From NCBI RefSeq assembly GCF_009914755.1, contig NC_060934.1: a stretch of DNA of 64,000 nt. One strand, 5' to 3'. Within the stretch, counting starts at the first letter, position 1; each line of letters starts with the position of its first letter. The stretch comes from the human T2T-CHM13v2.0 reference genome, Homo sapiens. The translations under genes were made by a program, and so were the position numbers. Below, in pieces: positions 1-9,148 of this stretch. Under the pieces are notes generated by a model. It saw nothing but the letters and a program-made list of their open reading frames with translations. It made no database searches and was not told the origin of the DNA.

Positions 1-91
1 TGCGGGCCCAGCCAACTGCAGGGGTCCCGGAGCTTCTGGAGGTCACTCCTGATGCCTTTGCTGAGCAGGTCACTCCTTGCTTCTTCTGCAG

Positions 92-171
92 ACAACAAGG
101 TTACCAGCACGATTATTGCTATGACCAGTGGAGCACAGGTGCCAAATGCATTTCAGGACACTCTCAAAGAA
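92..171 (+). pseudogene. ANTXRL-like vWA exon (NKVTSTIIAMTSGAQVPNAFQDTLKE), 80 bp
   Basis: ttctgcag acceptor; 80 bp; resembles [26 protein letters not shown]; followed by GC, not GT. Confidence 0.85.
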
Positions 172-332
172 GCCAGTCAGGTTCATAGTTACCAGTATTT
201 TGCTCCACCCATTTTGATGACTAATACTCAATACCTTCAAATGCATTTCAGGAGACTCTCAAAGAAGCCAGCTGGGTTCACAGTTACCAGCATTTTGCTC
301 CACCTATTTTGATGACTAATGCTCAATGCCTT
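143..332. repeat. ~95-bp tandem duplication covering the exon end and following intron
   Basis: caaatgcatttcagga..ctctcaaagaagcca..gatgactaat starts at both 143 and 238. Confidence 0.9.
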
Positions 333-343
333 CTTTCCCTTAG

Positions 344-411
344 GCTGAAAGGCTGGGAGCCTGGGGGCCACCGTTTACACCCTGGGTGTGGCTGATTATA
401 AGATAGGCCAG
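344..411 (+). pseudogene. ANTXRL-like exon (..GSLGATVYTLGVADYKIGQ), 68 bp, frameshifted
   Basis: tag acceptor at 341-343, GT donor at 412; one base short of a 69-bp in-frame exon. Confidence 0.85.
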
Positions 412-773
412 GTCATTCTGAACTAGTAACCAGGCACCACTCTGGAGCTGAGTGGAGAAAGGCATCCCAGGCGGCTTTCCCAGGGCCACCACAAGGACAG
501 TCATCTAACTTGCCCCCAAGTGATTTGGGCCAACCCATGGCCACTGCAGAAGTGACTGACAGCGTGTTGTAGAAATCCCACCACACCAAAAGCGGGGGCG
601 GAAGAGTTCCCCACTCCCTGATAGTGGGCTGCTGGCTAGAGAAGGCTGTGGCCCTGACAGCCTGACATTCTGCTGCCCCCAAAGCATGGGGGCAAGACAC
701 TGTCCCCTGAGCCTGTGACCTGCTGCATCCTCACCTCCTGGGTGGGGGTCCAAGCCACGTTCCCTCTCTGAAG

Positions 774-854
774 ATAACAACAATTGCCCACAGCCTGGAC
801 CGCATGTTTGCAGTGGGTCATGGAGTTTCTGAACAGCATGGCCTAGTGGACAGA
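774..854 (+). pseudogene. ANTXRL-like exon (ITTIAHSLDRMFAVGHG..), 81 bp
   Basis: aag acceptor, gtgagt donor; homologous to [18 protein letters not shown]. Confidence 0.85.
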
Positions 855-948
855 GTGAGTGGGGCCAATTGGAGAGGTGGTGGGGGCCTGGCTCCTGTGC
901 CCTGAGGCTCACACTCCCTGCCCCTTTGTACCTCGCTCTCTATTCCAG

Positions 949-1007
949 ATCGGAACACAAGGTGTCTTGAGGTGAAGTCTGTGGAGCCTCCACTATGTGT
1001 GCAGGAG
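949..1007 (+). pseudogene. ANTXRL-like exon (..CLEVKSVEP..CAG), 59 bp, frameshifted
   Basis: ttccag acceptor, gtgag donor; homologous to [20 protein letters not shown]. Confidence 0.8.
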
Positions 1008-1042
1008 GTGAGCACTGAGGAGGCCCCGCTGTAGTAAGAAGG

Positions 1043-2005
1043 GTATGTGCTGCATGTGTGGTATATGGTGTGTGTGGTGTGTTTTGTGATGTGTGTATGT
1101 TGGCTATAGTGGGTATATGGCATGTGTGGTGTGTTTTGTGATGTGTGTGTGTTGGCTATAGCGGGCATAGGGCGTGTGTGGTGTGTTTTGTGATGTGTGT
1201 GTGTTGGCTATAGCGGGCATAGGGCGTGTGTGGTGTGTTTTGTGATGTGTGTGTGTTGGCTATAGCGGGCATAGGGCGTGTGTGGTGTGTTTTGTGATGT
1301 GTGTGTGTTGGCTATAGCGGGCATAGGGCATGTGTGGTGTGTTTTGTGATGTGTGTGTGATGGCTATAGCGGGCATAGGGCGTGTGTGGTGTGTTTTGTG
1401 ATGTGTGTGTGTTGGCTATAGCGGGCATAGGGCGTGTGTGGTGTGTTTTGTGATGTGTGTGTGTTGGCTATAGCGGGTATATGGCGTGTGTGGTGTGTTT
1501 TGTGATGTGTGTGTGTTGGCTATAGCGGGTATATGGCGTGTGTGGTGTGTTTTGTGATGTGTGTGTGTTGGCTATAGCGGGTATATGGCGTGTGTGGTGT
1601 GTTTTGTGATGTGTGTGTGTTGGCTATAGTGGGTATATGGCGTGTGTGGTGTGTTTTGTGATGTGTGTGTGTTGGCTATAGTGGGCATAGGGCGTGTGTG
1701 GTGTGTTTTGTGATGTGTGTGTTGGCTATAGTGGGTATATGGTGTGTGAATGTGCGCAGTATGGTGTGTGTGCTGTGGAAGTTGCGTTTGGATGCATGTG
1801 GTGTTTGTGCGTGTGTATGTGCTGTGTGAGTGTGTGTTGTGCATCACGTATGGTGTGTGGTGTGTGTGGTATGTATATGGTGTTTAGATCATGGATGTTT
1901 CTGGTACAGTATGTTTATGTTGTGTCTGTGGTATATGTGTGCTAGTTGTGTGTGGTATAGTGTGTTTGTGGTGTGGGTGTTGTATCTGTGTGTATGTGGT
2001 GTGGG
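1043..2005. repeat. GT-rich tract with a 52-bp minisatellite (~13 copies, ~1065-1745)
   Basis: Unit gggcgtgtgtggtgtgttttgtgatgtgtgtgtgttggctatagcgggcata; ctatag recurs at 1156, 1208, 1260. Confidence 0.95.
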
Positions 2006-3689
2006 CATGCACAGCAGCTAACCCGGCCCATAGGCCGGGAGCAGTCAGGGTTCATCTCAGGAATCCCAGGCAGGCGTAGGAGCTGAAATATCTGTGTAAT
2101 TTACCACATCAACAAAACGGGAAATAGGAACCAGGCAATTTTCTCAGGGGGATGAGGAACAAGAAGTGGGGGTGTCAACATCTCCTTCTGTTCCTGGGAA
2201 CAAAAGGAAACCTCCGTAACCAGAAAAAGCCATCCACACAAACACCCTTGGTTCTCCTCGGCCCCAAAGGATAAAACCCAGCACCCATCCCTGCTGTCTG
2301 GGATGTGGAGAGAATGTCCTCTTGCCAGCCAGGGTCCCAGCATGTGTGGAGACAGCCCTGTGAGGGCCTCTGTGATGACCCCTGTCTGTCTTGAGTTCTG
2401 TCTGTGTAGGCTGGGGCTCTGAATGGCTGACGTTTGTACAACTGCAGCTGCTGCAAAGGAATAGAGCCCTGGGCATCCTCCCTCCAGGGGTACAGCATGA
2501 GGCCCTTAGCAAGACCACCAGGCCCTCCAGTAGCTGGGCTCTGGCATCCGTGTTCCTTACTGCAGAGCACCCTGGCAGTAGGCTGTGGGGACAGACACAT
2601 GGTCCATGTCTGAGCTCTGCTCTCCACGGGCACATGACCAGGAGAAAATAGTCCAATTCCAGTGAGCTCCAGAGGTGCCTCACATGAACAGAAAGGACGC
2701 TGTCAGGCCTGTCGTGAGTCCCAGGGCACTGGGCTGTGCAGGGACTGGCACAGGGCTGCGAGCTGGCAGGTCCCAGAAATAGGGGCTGTGCTGACACTTC
2801 CATGATTGGTCCTGGGGTCTGTCCCCGACCCCGCCTCTCCCCCATGCAGAGCTGAGGATGGGGGTGGAGTAGAGAGAGCTCCCCTCCCCCTCGGGGTCTC
2901 TTTCTGCTGTTCCTGGTTTAAAGCCACTCAGCCGTGCAGCAGTGTGACAGCTGCGCTCCTCTGATGATGTCCCCTGGACATGCACAGGCTGTGGCATCTG
3001 AGCAGCCCTGTCAACCCCAGGTGAGGATGTGAGTCGTCACCCCTCACTGGAGGCAGCCGAGTCGAGGTGACAGGTGCCCTCTGCCCACCAGCTCGGCCCT
3101 CTGCCTCTGCTCATGTGGCCTGGCAGTCACGGCCCTGACCTGTCAGCTGTTGGCCAATTGTACAAAGCCACCCCACATGGAAGGTGACAGTCACAGCAGG
3201 GAAAGGCCAAGGCAGGAGCCTGGAACCCAAATGCAACAGAATGAGCCCTCTCAGCAGGCTGCTACCAAGAAGCCATGAGGACTCCAGGGAGCCCAGGAAG
3301 GAGCCCAGGGAGGGAGGCACGCAGCCCAGACTCCCCCATTCAGCCCTGGGCCTCATATCCAGCCTGGCAGAGGCCTCTGCTGGGCTAAGGACCAGCCTGG
3401 AGCAGTGAGGCCCTCCAGGGGCCACTCCCTGCTCTGGGCACCCTGTGCAGAGGTGGGACCAGGTGGGGCATAGGCACTCTGCAAGCCCTGCCTCACCTTG
3501 AAAGGCCGAGCCCACCTGCCCTTTGCAGCCCTGCTCGAAGGGCACCTTGTCCTGGAAGCCTTCCCTGATGACCAGCCCCTCTGACTTCCTGCAGTCCAAG
3601 GGCTTGGTCTGTCCCTCTCATCAGTCACTTGTCACCCAGGATGTACCATGACTTCTGGTTGTGTGTGTCCAAACATAATTTTCTTATTT

Positions 3690-4310
3690 AGTTCTTTGTT
3701 TTTCTTCTAACCTTTCATTATTAAAATGTTCAAACTTTACAGCCAAGCGGAAAGGATTGTGCAATGTACACGCCTGTTTCCATCGTGGGGATTTTTAATT
3801 AATGCTTGACCATGCTTGCTTTATCCTGTCTCTATGCATGTCTTCCTCTCACTGTCTCTCTTTCTCTCCACCAATTCATCTTATTTTTGGATGCATTCAA
3901 AATATTTTACAGTCCTCAGGGTACTTTACCCCTAAACCCTTCAGTTCGTATATCTTTAACTAGGGAACAATATTTATTAAGTTCTCTTTTTGCAGTGCAC
4001 AAATCTTGTGTGTCATCTGATGAGTTTTGACAAGAGCACACACATCTGTGTAACCACAGACCCTGTGAAGATGTGGAATGTTACTATGGCCCCCAGAAAA
4101 TCCCCTCAGACCTCTCTGTGCATGTGGCTCAGTAGTTCCCTGGGATTGAGACAAGAAGTGGAATTGTTGCATTAAGGGCACACACTTGTGAAACGTTCTT
4201 CAGTAGTGTTGCTTTTCTGTCCAGGAGGCCATACCAAGCAGTGTGCGGGAGTCCCAGTCCCCACCGCCACCCCCAGCACAGGTGACTTCTATCTGTGTCC
4301 TGTTGCCCTT
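3690..4310 (-). mobile_element. Old L1M-type 3' fragments
   Basis: Degenerate L1 motifs (gatgagttttgacaa..acacatctgtgtaaccac; ccataccaagcagtgt). Confidence 0.5.
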
Positions 4311-4709
4311 CTGGTAAGTTGTCAGCCCTACAACACTGCTCAGGACTGCAAGGACTTGACCCCTGTGGCCTGAGGGAGCACTGTAGGATTTCAGGGTGGA
4401 AAGCTCCAGCTGAACTGCCCCCGTGCAGAGGCTGAGGCAGGGTGCCTTTCCTGGGTTCCTTGGATTAGGAAGGGTGTGGGAGTCCTCCTGTGGGCTCAAG
4501 GCCCAACCACCTCCTTGTGGACCCTCAGTGACACCAGATGAGGATTTGGTCCAGTGGACACACAGATGTTCATTCAGACACAGCCACTTCCTTGTAGGGA
4601 AGCCCCCTGGGAATTCAGTTTTGGGGATGGATCACCAGGAGCAGGGAGGTCAGAGTGGAGAGAGCCCTCCACTCTTCCTCACTCAGACTTTTGAGTGTTG
4701 TTCTTGCAG

Positions 4710-4808
4710 AATCCAAGCAAGTGATTATTCACGGATATGACTTTAATAATGCAAAGAGCCAGGACCAAGTTATTTGCAGATTCTAGTTCAGCAAAGCCAA
4801 AGTCATTG
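4710..4808 (+). pseudogene. ANTXRL-like Ig-domain exon (SKQVIIHGYDFNNAKSQDQVICRF*FSKAKVI), 99 bp
   Basis: ttgcag acceptor; in-frame TAG at 4784-4786; donor mutated to ataagt. Confidence 0.85.
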
Positions 4809-7161
4809 ATAAGTAGCCTCCTCTGAAATCTGAAATGATCCAATGAGCTTTTCCTTTGAGCATCACGGTGACATTCAAAGAATTTCAGATTTTAGAGCAC
4901 TTTGGATTTTGAATTTTCAGATTAGGGATACTCAACCTAACTAAGCAAGATCACCTGTGTAGAGCAGCTGGCACAAGTATGGACTTTATAATATTTTAAA
5001 CTCTCCTATTGTTTGGCAACACTCAGGCATCCGGGGACCTCTGCAATTGGGGAGTGGCCTGAGGAAGCGCACAGTCTAGGCAGCCAATGTGCCCTGGGTC
5101 CTGAGCGAGTGTGCTCTTCCCCGCTGAGTGCCCGGGGTGCAGTTGGATTTTCTGCATCCCCCTCAATTCTTCCTCTTGACCCCTTGTTACATTCATTCCA
5201 TCTGATCATGTTATGTTCAATGGCCTCTTATTCAGGGTCATCTAGTAAACTTGGAATGACTCCTCTCCCTGCAGGATGCTTCTCAGCCATCTCTCCTCCT
5301 GTCCCTGAGTATATAGAATGGGGAAGAGGCTGTCATTGTCACATTCTCATGTGGCAGAGTTGTGTAGATGGTCTCAGGCCATTAAGATTCCACTGACGTA
5401 TACTTTCGTGGGAGTGGCTTAGGGATGGAGCAGCCCCCTCCTAAGGAGAGCTACCGGGTATTGAATGCTTCTCATATCAGATATTGTGCCAAGTGCCTCA
5501 CACTCAATATCTCCATGAATTCTCAAAGCAGCCTTACTGCATTTCCTTTGCATGGGTGGATGGCCAGGGCAGGGGTGATGGAAGAGCTTCCCAGCACCAC
5601 ACACCTGGAGAGTAGACCCAGGAGATCTATCTGCCCAGTGGGGGCCTTCTGCGTCCCTGAGATGATGGTTTTTGGGGAAGGCATGGCCCTGCCTACCCCC
5701 AGGAAGTCCATTCAGATGCCTCCTCTGCCCGCCTGTGGGTGCACTGGTTTCCTGGAGGGCACTAGTTTTTTCTCCAATGTGGGCCAGCACCAGGTCTCAC
5801 ATAGGAAAGCCCATGCCACAGTCCTGGGTACCTCTGCAGATGGCCACCCTGCTCCTGGTTGGTGCCTTTGCAGAAGTGGCCGGGCATGGCTGCCTGTTGC
5901 AGGGAGCTCGGATGTACTGAGGAGTGACTTTGTCATTAATTACATTTTCCTCTGAAGAAAACATTCGAGAAACATTTTAGAAATAGGGAAGCAAGAAGAC
6001 ATATTCAAAGCTTGATGTTTCTATATGCTTCATGTTTTCTGTCTTTATAGGCTATGTTTTTGTGATTTAAGAAATTTTTTAATATGGTGACTGAAGTATG
6101 GGTTTAATCGGTTAACCTATTTGAAAACTCTTTTCCCAGCAGCCCGGTGTTGCTGGACCCTCTGCCCATCTTGACCCTGAGCCATGGCCTCAGGGTGCCA
6201 GTGCCACCCGCCCTCCCCAGGAGCTCCCTGAGCTCTCCTGAATGCCATTCTGCAGTCAGGTCACACATCTTGGGGATTTTTACCCCAGTAATCCCACTCT
6301 TTCCATCTCTCAAAGTGAATCTGTTTCCTGATCGTTATCTTTATCAGCACCAAGGAAGAGGTCAACAGTTTAGAAATTCATGGCTAATCTGACCATTGTG
6401 TTCAGGTCAACAAATTGTTCCATGTGGAAATGAGTCATTTTGTCCATAGTAACCCTGACCTACATGAAAAAGAGAAAAACAATAGAAAGTAATTTTATGT
6501 ATACATGAAATTTTAATTTATAAAATTATAGTATTATATTTTGTTATACATATGTACAATTATTTTTAAAGTGTTAATTATATTTTATTATAAAAATGAT
6601 ACAATGTAGAAAAAAGAAACATAGACAAAACATAATGAATAAAAACATTGCCCCAAATCCCAAACCCAAAGACAAGTGCTATTAACATTTTCAACTACAA
6701 CATAATAAATTTAATTTTGCTTAAATATGATGGAAGAAAAAGAAAATGAAATGGGATTGAAGAAACTGTGGAACATCACACGAATGCTTCTGGTCGCCTG
6801 TGACGAAGCGGCTGTCCCTTTCTCTCTGTGCCTCTCCTTCCCTCTGCTCATGGACATCACAGCACGTTGCACTCTGCCATCTATTTTGTTCTCTATTTTT
6901 AATTTTGTTGTCTGTCTCCCATGCAGTCCTTAAAGGTGAGTCCTTGAGAGCAGGGACTCTGCCTGCCTTTCCTGTTACACATCAGAGTGCTGCACAGGGC
7001 CTGGGCGTGGCGGGTGCTCACAGGGGTCTCTGCAATGGGAAAGCAGAGCCCAGATGCCAGTCGTGGACCACAGGGTCCGCTCTGCGTGATGAGGACCGGA
7101 GGTGGGAGGAACAGTGGACGAACATGTGCATCGACATTCTTCCCATGTCATTTCCTTTTAG

Positions 7162-7233
7162 AAAAAAAAACAATCAGTATGGACAAGACTTTCATGACTT
7201 GCCCTGGACCAAAGATTAAAAACAACCTGGACA
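7162..7233 (+). pseudogene. ANTXRL-like exon (KKTISMDKTFMTCPGPKIK..), 72 bp
   Basis: ttttag acceptor, gtaagt donor; homologous to [22 protein letters not shown]; 2 bp longer than expected. Confidence 0.85.
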
Positions 7234-7796
7234 GTAAGTATCCCTGGCAGGAGGCTCTAGAGGGCAGGAGGCTCTAGAGGGCAGGAGGCCAGGGGTCACA
7301 GCTGGGCACTGTGAGGTGTACAGAATGTGGATGCCCCCCTGCTGGGGCAGCACGTGTCTGCGGCTGGGCTGAGAACACATTGCTCACCTCCCTTGTTGGT
7401 GGCCCCCAAGGTGTTCAGGGATCTGCAGTGTCCTAGGGATCTGCAGTGTCCTAGGGTCTGTGAGGAGGGCAGGATGCAGGAGATGATTGCCCGAGGAATG
7501 GTACCGTTGCTCCAGGTCGCCTTTCAGAGTTAAGCCAATGGACTCTGTAAATACAGAAGAGCCAGAATGGTTGACACCAAGCAGCCATTTGTGGTCACTT
7601 AGGACACAGTCACAATGACATGAAATCTCATGCAGGGCCCCTTGCTGCTGGACCCACATCCCCCTTGGCCATTGTTGCTGAGGTTGACCTCAGTGCTTTG
7701 GGGAATGAGAGCATTACCCATGCTGTCTACTCACCAAGGGCAAGAACTGCATCTCTCCGGGCTGGCTCTCACCATCTTCGCTTTCTGTGCTTTAAG

Positions 7797-7874
7797 GAGG
7801 TCTTTGTTGAAGCCAGCCTGAACAATGGCAGAAATGTCCTTTCTAATGACATCACTATGAAGAGCACCACCTGT
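7797..7874 (+). pseudogene. ANTXRL-like exon (EVFVEASLNNGRNVLSNDITMKSTTC)
   Basis: gtgagt donor in phase 0; 26 codons align to [26 protein letters not shown]. Confidence 0.85.
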
Positions 7875-9148
7875 GTGAGTACCAGGGTGGGGATGCCACC
7901 AACCTGGGCTGTCCAGAGGCCCTGCACTGGAATGAGATACACCCTGGGGAGGACAGAAAGAGCACACAGTTCCCAGGCAGTCCCAGAAAAGTAATGTGTG
8001 CAGCAGGCACCTGGGCCTGCTTGATCCTGTTCCAGCTGGCACTGGTGGATGAGGATTGGAGGCTGTGTGCCAGGAGCCAGAATCCAGGACCTCTAGGGTC
8101 TCCACCTTCTCCACGTGGGCCTCTCAGGTCCAGGGGATCTGGAGGATTCCACGCACTACCTTCAGGATGCGTGTGCCGCTGAACCGGTGCCCCAGCTGCT
8201 GATATGATCCTAAACCCACTCACAACCCTGTCGCCCGAGCCTGCCTGGTGGTCATCTGCTGTCATTTCCCAGATGCTGTCAGCCTCCTTTCTGACCCTCC
8301 TACCTGCTTGGGCCCCGGAGCTGTCCCTCTCTGCTCCCTCACTGAGCCCTGCAGTATGTCTTCTCCTGCTGCCGATGGGGAGGCTGTTAGGCGTACAGGC
8401 CAGGCTCAGGCCCAGCACGAGCTCTCTCCTCTTCCCTCCCTAGCCTTCTCTCTAAGCAGAAGTCTGGATTTGGGGAAGCCCTGGGCAGCCTGCATTCCCA
8501 AGGTTGCCGCCCAAAGTCCCTTTACTGTGAAGAACACCCAGGGAAGAGTTCCCGTTGCTTACACCCCATGTGGCCCTGGTTCTGAGCCAGGCCTTTTTCT
8601 GAGCTCTCTAAACCTCACAAGTGCCCCCAGGGAGGGCGGCTTATTCCCTTTGCACAAGTGTGGAGGCTGAGGCTCAGAGCGGTGCACGGATGTGCCCACG
8701 GTGCAGAGCCTGGAAGTGGGGAGAGAGGCTGTGGGTGATGGACCCGGGTCTCCTGCCCCTGCTCCTGCGCCTGCACCTCTCTTGGACACAGCACCCCCAC
8801 CCTCACCTGTCTTTGTACCTGTAGATTTTGTGGTCCTCACAGAAGCCCTGTGCTGCAAGCGAGGTGTTCAGTGAGGCTAGGTTCATGAGACCAGGAAGCT
8901 TCTGGGACTTTCTTGGCAGGGCTCTAGGGCAGAGCCTTTAAGCAGGACCGAAGGAGGGGTCTGTAGCTCTCTGGGGACCAGCCCTGACTGCTAGCCTCAC
9001 TGTGGTACATGGAGGAGGGACCAGCTAGGGAGAATGAGGAGTGGGCAGATGGGCCTCCAAATGGTGGGCACTGGGAAGAGGCCACCCAGGCCACTGACAT
9101 TCGCATTGTCTACCAGGTGTAGTGCGTGTTAATACCTTTCTCCTACAG

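Larger units (their letters stand above)
311..3310 (+). repeat. Segmental duplication block, direct paralog of ~40410-43738
   Basis: Collinear similarity across exons and introns, e.g. 2941-3120 vs 43371-43550 differ at ~7 of 180 bases. Confidence 0.95.

Noticed and set aside
818-2079. His/Thr- and Cys/Val-rich ORFs here and at 41223-42468 and 46461-47284
   Set aside because: Translations of GT/CA simple repeats.
2144-2845. 233-aa ORF and the similar 270-aa ORF at 42683-43495
   Set aside because: Antisense to a GC-rich intron; similarity is explained by the duplication; frames diverge between copies; no recognisable domain.
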